From NCBI GenBank assembly GCA_963705105.1, contig CAVPIW010000009.1, forward strand, positions 256,001 to 320,000: a stretch of DNA of 64,000 nucleotides, in the 5' to 3' direction. Both the position numbers and the translations under genes were made by a program. Origin of the DNA: an uncultured Nitrospiraceae bacterium. GTDB taxonomy: Bacteria; Nitrospirota; Thermodesulfovibrionia; Thermodesulfovibrionales; Dissulfurispiraceae. The notes below the pieces were generated by a model. It saw only the letters and a list, made by a program, of their open reading frames with translations. It did not search any database and was not told the origin of the DNA. Every line of letters starts with the position of its first letter. The first letter of the stretch is position 1. Below, piece after piece: positions 10,305 to 19,849 of the stretch.

Positions 10305-11294
10305 TCATAGATTGTACTGCCCGGGTTTGTATCTGTCCAGGTGCTCGGAGACGAAAGCAATGGCCTCCCCGAGCCCTCTATCCAAATCGTATTCAGGCTG
10401 CCATCCGCAGATCTCCCCGGCCTTTGACCGGTCACAGATGAGGGTATACACCTCGCTCTTCTCGGGCCGGAAACGCTCACTCGCCTGGACGATCTCCTTG
10501 TTCGATCCCATAAGAGAGAGGATCCTGCCCGCAAGTTCGCCGATCGTGATTCCCTTTCCAAAGCCCACATTCACCGTTTTGCCGATGGCCTTCCCGGACT
10601 CTGCGACTTTGATGAAACCCTGCACGGTATCCTTCACAAATGTCAGATCACGCACGGGGTCGAGGGCGCCGAGGCTGACCACATCCTGTGTCAGGACCTG
10701 GGTGATGATTGTCGGGATCACGGCGCGGGCCGACTGCCTGGGCCCGTATGTGTTGAAGGGGCGGATCGTCGCAACGGGAAGATCGAAGGACAGGTAGTAG
10801 CTTTCCGCGATCTTGTCGGCGCCGATCTTCGAGGCTGAATACGGCGACTGTCCCTGGAGCGGATGTTTCTCGTCAATGGGCGTGTAAAGCGCAGTGCCGT
10901 ATGTCTCGGACGTCGACGTGTGGACGACCCGGCTGACACCGAAGTTCCTCGATGCCTCCATCACGTTCAGTGTCCCTTCCACATTCGTCCTGACATAGCT
11001 CAACGGGGCCACGTAGGAGTAAGGGATGGCGATAAGCGCGGCCAGATGAAAGACAACGTCCTTGCCTTTCACCTGACGTGAGACAAAGTCGCTGTCCTCG
11101 ACATTCCCCGCGACCACGTTCAGGGAAGCCTTTTTCCCCGGCGGCAGGAGTTCGAGGTTGCCCCAGTCGCTCCTCGATGTGTACCTGATCATCGCCGTCA
11201 CCTCGGCGCCGAGGTCAACAAGGGCTTCGCAGAGATGACTCCCGATGAAGCCGCCGGCGCCGGTTACGAGGATTCTCTTACCGGCGAGTTTCAT
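10305..11294 (-). CDS. NDP-sugar 4,6-dehydratase (LegB-like SDR)
   Basis: GAGGFIGSHL, HLAALIAIPYSY, TSTSETYG, QSPYSASK, RPFNTYGPRQS. Confidence 0.85.
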   Translation of the reverse strand: MKLAGKRILVTGAGGFIGSHLCEALVDLGAEVTAMIRYTSRSDWGNLELLPPGKKASLNVVAGNVEDSDFVSRQVKGKDVVFHLAALIAIPYSYVAPLSYVRTNVEGTLNVMEASRNFGVSRVVHTSTSETYGTALYTPIDEKHPLQGQSPYSASKIGADKIAESYYLSFDLPVATIRPFNTYGPRQSARAVIPTIITQVLTQDVVSLGALDPVRDLTFVKDTVQGFIKVAESGKAIGKTVNVGFGKGITIGELAGRILSLMGSNKEIVQASERFRPEKSEVYTLICDRSKAGEICGWQPEYDLDRGLGEAIAFVSEHLDRYKPGQYNL

Positions 11295-11329
11295 AATCAA
11301 TTCTCCCAATCAAACGTTCAATCACAAAC

Positions 11330-11715
11330 TTAACCCGTTCAATACACTCTTCGGAAGGCGGGGTGTATGCGCCGAAACCTTGATGCGGCGACACCTTAAC
11401 CTTATCGTTGCAACGCACGCCCGGGCAAGGCGGGGCGTATGCGCCGAAAACCTTGCTGCGGCGACACCTGTATCAAAACGAAAGATGAACTATACGCTAA
11501 TGATCGATGACACAAAGAGTGAACTCCTGAAACACGAAGATGACGAGGCGTATCGTCGCCTTCAGCAAGGCTTTGAGGCGTTTCGCCCCGCCTTTCAATG
11601 CAACTATAGGGTTAACTGTCACAAAAGACAGCGTTTCAAGCCAATGGTCGATGACATGGAGAATGGAATCCGACAGACGAACCTAAAATATCATCGTCGC
11701 CTTCAGCAAGGTTAA
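11330..11715. mobile_element. MITE family B: intact copy 11397-11614 nested in a degenerate copy
   Basis: Inner ends TA-ACCTTATCGTTGCA and TGCAACTATAGGGT-TA; outer half-copies at 11330-11396 and 11615-11715. Confidence 0.7.
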
Positions 11716-11724
11716 ACTCGCTCA

Positions 11725-13932
11725 TCACTTGCCGACTGTGAGCGTCCGGCCGGTGAACTGGAGCGACTCAAAGCCATCCTTTACAACGTGAATTCCGATG
11801 TCATAGAGGCCTGGATTGAGGGCTTCTTTCGCTATTATACACGAGAAGCCCGAGTCGTCCAAATTCGACCCTTTGAAAAGTTTGGTCACATCGGTTCTTT
11901 TCATCGGGTGTGTGGCAAGCAGATAGTTGCGGGTTTCCGATCTCAATGCAATCCGGATGGTGCTCTGTTCAGCGCTTTGTCCGGTGATGAATGCCCAACC
12001 CGTAATCGATACGAAGTCCTTGTATTCATCGAACCGATCCACGGAATACCCCAGGTCATTGGTCATTGCAGGCAGCCGGACTTCCGTCAGCTTCTTTATG
12101 CCCGACGGCCCGAATGCCGCCCTGATGTCACGGTTCTTTGCCAGGTCTGCCGCGACATCCGTGATGTTGAAGAAGACGAATCGTTTATTTTCGCTGATGA
12201 TCGGAGTTTGTCCCAGCCTTTGGCGCAATGCGCCTTCCAATTCGGCTCCTCCATCCCTATAACCGTACCGGTCTAAATAAATGCCCTTGAACCCCGCATG
12301 GGAGCTTGCCTCGATCAGCTCATCGACAGGTCGGGACAACACATACTTCTGCCAGAGGCCGGCCTGCCGCCCCATCATTGCTCCATAGCTCCATCTCAGG
12401 GTCTTCGAATGATAGTATGCCCTGAAGTGATCATAGTCGGACATCCTGTGCGGCGTGAGCCCGATAGGCAGGAACTCATCATACGGCAGCTGGAGGATCA
12501 TGGAGTGCGGCGGAACCATGGCCTCGATCCTTCTGACGAATCTCTCGTCGTTATAGAATTCGGCCGGGCCCGACCTGGCTTCCTGCCTGAGGGAATCACC
12601 GGTCTGGTCGAAAACTCCAAGCGCCAGCATTACTGTCAGGAAAGAGATGAACAGGGCCTTTCTTCCCGGCGTCACCGCGAATCGCCGACTCGCCTTCTCC
12701 AGGAGAAGAGCAATAAGAAAAACGGAAAAAAAGCCGATATACACGCTGATCCGGTTGTAGGCCCGTATCTGTGGCGAAACAAGATGGGCGAAAACGGAAC
12801 CGAAACTGCCGATACTTGCCAGGAGCACTCCGGAAAGATTCATCAGAGCCAGAATCCTCAGCGTCCCGGCCTCTTCTCCTTCTAAATTCGCCCTGTGTGA
12901 TACGAAAATCCATCCGATCAACAAGAGAAATCCCGTACCTCCGATGATGCCGAGGCTTGCCGTCTGGTTCTCGTTTACGAGGGGCGTAGACGCGCTATAC
13001 ATGTATTTGATATCAGCGAGCTTCTTGATCCTGTGGCCGTTGGTCGGCAAAAGCAACTGGATGACTTTCAACCCGTAGAGCTCCGATTCCATCGGTGATC
13101 GTCCCGTCAGTCCCGCCACCTCTTTGTTCGGTCCATGCGCCTGCTTATAGAGTATGCTTGGCGCAATGTTGGCGGCGAGTCCGAACATCACGACCGCCGT
13201 GAGGACCAGAGAAACAAGAAGGGGTCTGAACCTTTTCGCTGCAAAAGCCGCCGCAACACCTGCAACGACGAGAAAGAAACAACCGAAGAAGCTGTAATAC
13301 AGCCCTGCCGAGGCGACTGAAAGACAGATAATGACGGCAGCGAGAGTCCTGCCTCCTGGGAAGAGGCGGAAAATACCTCTTTGATTCGATCCATCACCGG
13401 TTGAATGAATCCCGTCGCGATAAACCCAAAGGGCGAGCATGACCATGAAGGGCACCAGGTAATAGGCAGTCAGAAACAGATGGCCTTCGCCCCGGAGGAA
13501 ATGAAACGGCAGGAAGGCGAAAAGCAGGCCCGATACGGCAGCGATAGGGCTTGAAATTCCGAAAGACCTCATCACGCACATCGCCGATAGCATGGCAAGC
13601 GGGAAGGAGAGGATGAAATAGATGTTCATTGCCGTTCCCCAGTCCTGGGTAATGAACAGTATAATCTTGATGACAAGGACATGAAGACTGTCGGCAAGAG
13701 GGAAGTCGTGCAGGTCGAGACCATAGGGCATGCCGAGATATTCGTTGTGCAGATACCAGCCGTTGTCCATGGTGCCCTTGACGACCATGGCATAGAAGAG
13801 CGCGTCGCCGTAATACCGGAGAGGGACCCTGAGATCGGCGCCCCAGAGGTCGTAGATGAACCATACGAGGACGAGACAGACCAGCGTCGCCAGAAAATAG
13901 GGACCGATCCGGGTCAGTATTGTTCGCATCAT
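11725..13932 (-). CDS. multi-pass membrane protein, probable GT-C glycosyltransferase (YfhO-like) with C-terminal extracellular domain
   Basis: Many TM segments, GDALFY loop, FAFLPFHFLR, IRAYNRISVYI, YDHFRAY..S..LRWSYGAM. Confidence 0.65.
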   Translation of the reverse strand: MMRTILTRIGPYFLATLVCLVLVWFIYDLWGADLRVPLRYYGDALFYAMVVKGTMDNGWYLHNEYLGMPYGLDLHDFPLADSLHVLVIKIILFITQDWGTAMNIYFILSFPLAMLSAMCVMRSFGISSPIAAVSGLLFAFLPFHFLRGEGHLFLTAYYLVPFMVMLALWVYRDGIHSTGDGSNQRGIFRLFPGGRTLAAVIICLSVASAGLYYSFFGCFFLVVAGVAAAFAAKRFRPLLVSLVLTAVVMFGLAANIAPSILYKQAHGPNKEVAGLTGRSPMESELYGLKVIQLLLPTNGHRIKKLADIKYMYSASTPLVNENQTASLGIIGGTGFLLLIGWIFVSHRANLEGEEAGTLRILALMNLSGVLLASIGSFGSVFAHLVSPQIRAYNRISVYIGFFSVFLIALLLEKASRRFAVTPGRKALFISFLTVMLALGVFDQTGDSLRQEARSGPAEFYNDERFVRRIEAMVPPHSMILQLPYDEFLPIGLTPHRMSDYDHFRAYYHSKTLRWSYGAMMGRQAGLWQKYVLSRPVDELIEASSHAGFKGIYLDRYGYRDGGAELEGALRQRLGQTPIISENKRFVFFNITDVAADLAKNRDIRAAFGPSGIKKLTEVRLPAMTNDLGYSVDRFDEYKDFVSITGWAFITGQSAEQSTIRIALRSETRNYLLATHPMKRTDVTKLFKGSNLDDSGFSCIIAKEALNPGLYDIGIHVVKDGFESLQFTGRTLTVGK

Positions 13933-13976
13933 TGTCTCTCCGCCGGTATGCGCAGAAAAGCGGTTATAGCGGATAT

Positions 13977-14192
13977 TACCCTGTAGTTGCATAGGAAGGC
14001 GGGGCGAAGCGCCTCAAAGCCTTGCTGAAGGCGACGATATGCCTCGTCAGGTTTGTCTTTCAGGATTCCACTCTTTGTGTCATCGACCATTTGCTTAAAG
14101 CTCGTCTATCGTTTCGATACAGGTGTCGCCGCAGCAAGGTTTTCGGCGCATACACCCCGCCTTTCCGGATGTCCTATTGCAGCGATAAGGTA
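13977..14192. mobile_element. MITE family B copy (reverse orientation)
   Basis: Reverse complement of 11397-11614; TA at both ends. Confidence 0.75.
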
Positions 14193-14230
14193 TTAGTATA
14201 GCATAGCGGTCTCCCAGAGGCCGGTTTCTC

Positions 14231-15373
14231 TCATGAACGCGCGACTGCGCGGTATATCTCGAGAGTCTCCCTGGCCGTCTTCTCCCAGGAGAAGCGCCTG
14301 CTCTGCTCGATCCCTTTCGCCCTGAGTTCGGCACGGAGGGAGGGCTTCATCCAAAGGGTTTCCATGGCCCGGTAAATCTCCTGAAGGTCCAGCGGGTTCA
14401 CCAGAAGCGCGGCGTCTCCTGCCACTTCCGGCAGGGACGTCGTGTTCGAGGTGATGACGGGGACGCCTGACGACATCGCTTCGAGCACCGGCAGCCCAAA
14501 GCCCTCGTAGATCGATGGATAGACGAAGATCTCGGCGCCTTGATAGAGAGGAACAAGATCATCCTCCGCCACATAGCCCGTGATGACGAGGCGCTCTCCG
14601 AGATCGAGTTTCTGCACAAGCCGGAAGAATGCTTCGTTCTTCCAGCCCTGCCCCCCGGCGATCACGAACTGACAATCGGCCTTTCTTATCCTGATCAGGG
14701 CCTTGAAGGCGACAAGGGCACTCGTCAGGTTCTTTCTCGGTTCTACGGATCCGACGGCAAGCATGTAGGGCTTGCTGATCCCGAACTTGTTCCGGACACG
14801 GGAGACCTCTTCAGGCGGGAGCACCTCGCGGAACCGCTCATCCGCTGCAAGGTGTGTCACGCCGAGACGCTCCTCCGGCACATGGAGGAAACGTCGTATT
14901 TCAGCCCTGGTGCTTTCGGAGTCGGCGATGATAAAGTCTGCACGCCTTGCCGCCCGCAGCACGTTCCTCGTCACGAAGTCACAGTTCTCCTTCGTGTGGT
15001 ATTCCGGGTGGGCGAAACAGCTCAGGTCATGGATCGTGACGACCACTTTGACGTTCGTAATTTGCGGCATCGTGTAGGCCGTGCTGTGCAGAAGGTCGAC
15101 GCCCCCAAAAAGGTTCTCCCGGAACCTGGCTGCGTTTTTCCATTTCCACATCACATACCAGGAGGGAAGGTTCCTGTCATGGAGGGTGAAATTCGGGGCT
15201 TCCGGCGCCTCGGCTTTCCGCCATCCCTTCGGGAAACAGTCGCAGAAGACGCCGTACAGCAGGTAGCGGTTCTCGGCGTCTATCCGCGCAAGGCCCCTGA
15301 CGAGGTTCTTCGCGTAATACCCCACACCTGTCGCCTCATTGACGGCCCTGCTAATGTCTATCCCGATTCTCAC
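14231..15373 (-). CDS. GT4 glycosyltransferase
   Basis: [35 protein letters not shown]. Confidence 0.92.
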   Translation of the reverse strand: MRIGIDISRAVNEATGVGYYAKNLVRGLARIDAENRYLLYGVFCDCFPKGWRKAEAPEAPNFTLHDRNLPSWYVMWKWKNAARFRENLFGGVDLLHSTAYTMPQITNVKVVVTIHDLSCFAHPEYHTKENCDFVTRNVLRAARRADFIIADSESTRAEIRRFLHVPEERLGVTHLAADERFREVLPPEEVSRVRNKFGISKPYMLAVGSVEPRKNLTSALVAFKALIRIRKADCQFVIAGGQGWKNEAFFRLVQKLDLGERLVITGYVAEDDLVPLYQGAEIFVYPSIYEGFGLPVLEAMSSGVPVITSNTTSLPEVAGDAALLVNPLDLQEIYRAMETLWMKPSLRAELRAKGIEQSRRFSWEKTARETLEIYRAVARS

Positions 15374-15376
15374 ACG

Positions 15377-15591
15377 TATCCTTATCGTAGCATACGCCTT
15401 CCGGAAAGGCGGGGTGTATGCGCCGAAAACCTTGCTGCGGCGACACCTGTATCAAAACGAAAGACGAACTATACTCCAATGGTCGATGAGACAAGGAGAA
15501 GCTTCCTGAAACACGAAGCCGACAATGCGTATCGTCGCCTTCAGCAAGGCTTTGAGGCGCTTCGCTCCGCCTTTTTATGCACTACAGGTTA
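15377..15591. mobile_element. MITE family B copy
   Basis: Highly similar to 11397-11614; fills the whole intergenic gap. Confidence 0.78.
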
Positions 15592-16833
15592 TCTCAGAAA
15601 GTCTCCGTACACTGTACGCAGCCTCTCACAACTCTGCTTCCAGGTATGATGCCTCAGGACTTTGTGGTACCCGTTCGTCCCGAAGGCATCGGCCAGTGCA
15701 GGGGTGGAGAGAAGCAGCCTGATGTACTCGGCAAGCATGTGAATATCGGAAAAGGGGACAAGAAAGCCGTCCTTTCCATCGCTGACAAGGTCCGGGACTC
15801 CTCCCGCCCAAACCCCGATGACCGGTTTTTTGTAGAGCCAGGCCTCCAGATAAACGATGCCGAATGATTCGGCTTTTGACGGCATGACAAAAACGTCGCA
15901 GGCGTCGAGGGCGTCCTTCTTTGTCTGTTCATCGACATAGTCGAGCACTATCGTCTTCTCGTAGACCCGGGGAGGCTGCTGCCTGAAATACTCGTCGAAG
16001 TCGGTCATCACCTGGCCGATGAGGACGAGGGTGACGTCCCTGCCCTCGCCCCACAGGTGTTTCATCGCTTCGATCGTGTGAGGGGTCCCCTTGTCGTGAG
16101 TCTGTGTCGAGATCTGCAGGACCATCTGACCGGTGACACCGTATCTCTCCCTGAACCGGTCTCCCCTGCCCCCGGCCATTTCTTCGGGATCAACACCGGC
16201 GCCTACAACATGGACATTGTCTTCTGCGATGCCGTGTGCGATGATCGCTTTCCTCTCGATCTCCGTCATTGTCACGACCCCGGGACATCTCTTGAGGAGG
16301 TTGATCTGCTTTTCCGAGAGTGCCTGCCCCGGCAATGATGAATGAGGTTCACCGAAATGAACAAGGGGGGTACAGACCACCGGCACGCTCATCCGCTCGG
16401 CGTAACGGACGGCAGGGTATGTCAGGAAGAGATGGGGGAAGACCCCGGTGTTCACGAGATCATAGCGCTCTTTTGTGAAGGCCATTTCCCTGAGGTACCC
16501 GGGAAGGAGGATGTGCGGATAGCCGAAAACGTAGTGACAGTATCTTGAAGGCAGGAAAGAGAGCAGCCCCATGACCGTCCAGTGAAGGTTCAGCGGCAGG
16601 CTGAGAATATTGAACCTCCTGATCGAGATGCCCTCTGCTGTCTCCCGGCTCGGCGCGATTCTTCTCTTGCTCCTGTCATGGAAGTACTCGATATCCCAGG
16701 CGTCGGTGGTGAATACCGTGACGTCATACCCGTCGTCCCGGCTGCTCTTCGCCCACTCCCAGAAGAGTCGTTCGGCGCCTCCCGGGTAAGGCCAGAAACG
16801 GTGTATGACGTAGAGTATCCTCTTTCCGGTCAT
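15589..16833 (-). CDS. GT4 glycosyltransferase
   Basis: GGAE, VMPSKAESFGIVYLEAW..KPVIG, DGKDGFLV. Start placed at ATG 16833. Confidence 0.9.
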   Translation of the reverse strand: MTGKRILYVIHRFWPYPGGAERLFWEWAKSSRDDGYDVTVFTTDAWDIEYFHDRSKRRIAPSRETAEGISIRRFNILSLPLNLHWTVMGLLSFLPSRYCHYVFGYPHILLPGYLREMAFTKERYDLVNTGVFPHLFLTYPAVRYAERMSVPVVCTPLVHFGEPHSSLPGQALSEKQINLLKRCPGVVTMTEIERKAIIAHGIAEDNVHVVGAGVDPEEMAGGRGDRFRERYGVTGQMVLQISTQTHDKGTPHTIEAMKHLWGEGRDVTLVLIGQVMTDFDEYFRQQPPRVYEKTIVLDYVDEQTKKDALDACDVFVMPSKAESFGIVYLEAWLYKKPVIGVWAGGVPDLVSDGKDGFLVPFSDIHMLAEYIRLLLSTPALADAFGTNGYHKVLRHHTWKQSCERLRTVYGDFLR

Positions 16834-18284
16834 CCCGCATCGACCCAGCGGAGCAACGGCGAACCCTGACTGAACAGACCGACCTCGTTCACGCCGAATG
16901 CCCCCCGGTCCCCCGGACTCTGCCTGACAGGCACAAGAGCCAGACGGACTTCCGCGCACTCCGCCTCCACCCCCCCTTCAACGGTGAAGAGGTACGTTCG
17001 CCATCCCTGAGCGAGGGGCCTCCTTCCAATCGTCCTTCCCTCGACGGAAACCTCGAGGAAGCACGGTCCCGGGATGTTTTCGCTGTAGCCATGGACCTGG
17101 AGAAAGGTCCGCCCTCTCCCGGCTTTCAGATAGCACAGTGCCCGTTCCTGTATCGTGCGCATCCGCGGAGCACCGGCCGTGAGCCCGGACCACCCGGGGC
17201 CGAGTATGTCGTCGTTGACGCCCATGACTACCTTCTCATTCAATATCGAACAGTCCACTTCGCGCTTCGACAGGGCTATCCTTTCGTAACCGGGACGATA
17301 CTGCCGGAAGACAGGAAACCCCGCTTCAGGCACGATCATGTGGCGGAATCGCGAGGTGTCGACGCTCCTGCCGGGACCGAAAAAGCGCCCCACGAGAAAG
17401 AGGGGAAGAAACAGCCAGTGCTGGAGGATCAGCCGCAATTCCAAGAGGACCGTCCGGAGATCGCCGTGCATGATCGGGTGCGCGAGAAGCACAAGACGTT
17501 GCAGGGTGAACAGCGGGAAGACCCGGAGGATTTCCGGGACAGGGAAGTGCCTGAAGAGTATCCGGTACTGATTTGTCGTAATCAGCTTTCTCTTCAGAAA
17601 GGGATCGCGGGACGTGGAGGCGGAAAATTTGTGATAGACAACGGCTTCGGGGACATACTCCACGGTGAACCCCGTCCGCTCCCAGACCCTCAGGCAGAAA
17701 TCAACGTCCTCGAAATATGCAAAAAAGACGGGATCAAGAAGACCGACGGCCTCGAAGACCTGACGCTTCACAGCCATGAGACAACCCGTGACAGCAAGGA
17801 CCTCTCCGGCCTCCCGATGCACCTCAGCCGCGTTTTCGCCGAAGTCGCGGTCCCAACCGTACGCGCAGCGGTTCAGGTTCACCGCTGTGCTGTTGACGAT
17901 CGCGGGATTGTAAAACATGAGCACCGTCCCGCCCAGCACACCGGCATCCGCCTTCTCCTCTCCCCGCCGGATGAGGTGGGTGAGGAAGTCCGGCTCTACC
18001 CGCGTATCGTTGTTCAGCAGGACGATGTAATCAGCCCCCTGATCCAGGGCATACCTGATCCCGACATTGTTGCCCTCCGCAAACCCGATGTTGGAGGCGT
18101 TCTCGATGATGTGGACCTGAGGAAATTGTGCCCTCACGAGTGCCACGCTGTCGTCCTGCGACGCGTTGTCGACGAGGACGACGCGCTGGCGGGGATATGC
18201 TGCAGAGGAGAGGGACCCCAGGCAGTCTCCGAGATGGCGCCGTCCGTTCCAGTTCAGGACTATGGTGTAGACGAGAGGGACCAC
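16830..18284 (-). CDS. GT2 glycosyltransferase with C-terminal extra domain
   Basis: IVLNWNG, VDNASQD, GFAEGNNVG, LLNNDT, YFEDVDFC. Confidence 0.9.
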   Translation of the reverse strand: MVPLVYTIVLNWNGRRHLGDCLGSLSSAAYPRQRVVLVDNASQDDSVALVRAQFPQVHIIENASNIGFAEGNNVGIRYALDQGADYIVLLNNDTRVEPDFLTHLIRRGEEKADAGVLGGTVLMFYNPAIVNSTAVNLNRCAYGWDRDFGENAAEVHREAGEVLAVTGCLMAVKRQVFEAVGLLDPVFFAYFEDVDFCLRVWERTGFTVEYVPEAVVYHKFSASTSRDPFLKRKLITTNQYRILFRHFPVPEILRVFPLFTLQRLVLLAHPIMHGDLRTVLLELRLILQHWLFLPLFLVGRFFGPGRSVDTSRFRHMIVPEAGFPVFRQYRPGYERIALSKREVDCSILNEKVVMGVNDDILGPGWSGLTAGAPRMRTIQERALCYLKAGRGRTFLQVHGYSENIPGPCFLEVSVEGRTIGRRPLAQGWRTYLFTVEGGVEAECAEVRLALVPVRQSPGDRGAFGVNEVGLFSQGSPLLRWVDAG

Positions 18285-18294
18285 GCAGGTTTCC

Positions 18295-18816
18295 CTACTT
18301 CAGCTCGTTCAGACTCTGCCTGATCACCGAGAGAAGCTGCTTTTCCTTCTCCCTCTGTTGCTTCTGCCATTCCGACTGTTGCTGCTGAAGTCTCCGGACT
18401 TCCCCGTCAAGCCTCTCAATCTCCTGGACCGTCGATCTGAGCGCCGAGATCACATGCCTGTTGAATGCCCGTTGCCTGTCGGTGATGAAGCTTGCCAGAA
18501 CGATGATCAGCTTTCCCGCCAGCAGCGCCGCCCAGCGGGACGGCCCCCGGAAGCGCTCCATGGGCGTGACATCCGCACCGGCATCGGCCGTCGTCTCTGC
18601 GGCGTCTATGTGGGAACGTATCTCTCCTGCGGCGCCGGCGGGAGGGACCCGGTCATCTCCGGGAGAAGAACCGGACAACCCGTTTGTTTCGGCCGTTTCC
18701 GCAGCAATCAGGCTCTTTAACCCGGCACGCTCCCTGATCTCCTCAAGGATCTTCACGACATCTGTTTCCCCGATGTTTCCTTCACGGCCTTCTGCCACGA
18801 CTGTCTCCTTTTTCAA
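18295..18816 (-). CDS. hypothetical coiled-coil protein of the polysaccharide locus
   Basis: Same strand as neighbours, amphipathic segment, Q..FN..V, Q/E-rich coiled coil. Start uncertain (TTG). Confidence 0.6.
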   Translation of the reverse strand: MKKETVVAEGREGNIGETDVVKILEEIRERAGLKSLIAAETAETNGLSGSSPGDDRVPPAGAAGEIRSHIDAAETTADAGADVTPMERFRGPSRWAALLAGKLIIVLASFITDRQRAFNRHVISALRSTVQEIERLDGEVRRLQQQQSEWQKQQREKEKQLLSVIRQSLNELK

Positions 18817-18892
18817 GAGTTATTGATCACGCAGCGGTACAGAGATGACAGCCTTCGCCAAATCACCCGAAATCATGCCGGAGGCGTTCGTC

Positions 18893-19849
18893 TCAACGGC
18901 TGAGCAGTATTCTTTCCATCTGCTCCAGATTCTGCGTGAGACGCTCTAACTTGGCAGTGTACAGCACCTCCCAGTCCTGAAGGGAACTGAGCATCCTGAC
19001 GTACGAAACATAGTCCTTGTAGGCCTTTGTCATGGCCGCCGCGAAGGCATCGCTGTTTAATGCCGACCGGTCTGCAACCGCTTTTTCGATCAGGCTGTAA
19101 ATGTCGATGACGGGGTCAGCCATATCCTTCAAAGTCCCGAGGGACTCGAGCGTCGAGTGGCTGTGGCGCAGATCGGGCCTCAGAAAGCCCTTCATCACCG
19201 TCGTCAGGTGATCTTCCGATTCGGGCCAGGGCACCTGAAGGGCCTCGGCGAGACTCTGCAAAGAGGACTTCCAGTCCGACAGGAACAGGTCGTAATGGAT
19301 CACCGCCCGCCTTGTCCCCCCTGTCCACTGGAAGGACGAGAGGGTGTGGAGGAGCCACAGGGTGACACTCTTGATCGTCGAAAAGCCGTTGCGCCGCTTG
19401 AGTGAGGCGGCCACATCCAGGGGGTTTCTCACGACAATGACATAAGACATCTCAACCCCCAGTTCCCCCAGAACATCCGTCCAGAGAGGAACGACCAGTG
19501 ACGTTCTGGGATCTTTCCAGGCCCAGAGCGGTTGAGAGGCGAATTCCCTCGAGATCAGCTCCCGCAGCTCCGCGCGATAAGAACGCATCGAGTCTTTCGT
19601 CCACCACAGATCGGGCAGCGGCAGAATACTGTCCCAGGAGTGGGAGAGGTGACCGAACAACCGCTCATGGAAATCATACACGGCCTGATTCTCCCAGAAG
19701 CCCTCGGGATTGTCCGGCCGCGGTTCCATGAGATTTTCCTCGGGGCCAATGGAAGCACCCAGAAGATTCACCGCCCGCGCGATCGCCGAGGTGCCGCTTC
19801 GATGCATGCCGAGAATGCCGATGGCTCGCTGTCTTGCCGTCTCAGACAT
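18893..19849 (-). CDS. sulfotransferase family protein
   Basis: ILGMHRSGTS (PAPS 5'-PSB), NPEGFWE, WKDPR, RNPLDVAASL. Confidence 0.88.
   Translation of the reverse strand: MSETARQRAIGILGMHRSGTSAIARAVNLLGASIGPEENLMEPRPDNPEGFWENQAVYDFHERLFGHLSHSWDSILPLPDLWWTKDSMRSYRAELRELISREFASQPLWAWKDPRTSLVVPLWTDVLGELGVEMSYVIVVRNPLDVAASLKRRNGFSTIKSVTLWLLHTLSSFQWTGGTRRAVIHYDLFLSDWKSSLQSLAEALQVPWPESEDHLTTVMKGFLRPDLRHSHSTLESLGTLKDMADPVIDIYSLIEKAVADRSALNSDAFAAAMTKAYKDYVSYVRMLSSLQDWEVLYTAKLERLTQNLEQMERILLSR

Noticed and set aside
11245..11715. Short ORFs over repeats (also 4986-5168, 26240-26446, 42670-43089, and the 26268-26492 extension of the fibre ORF)
   Set aside because: They are translations of MITE or intergenic sequence.
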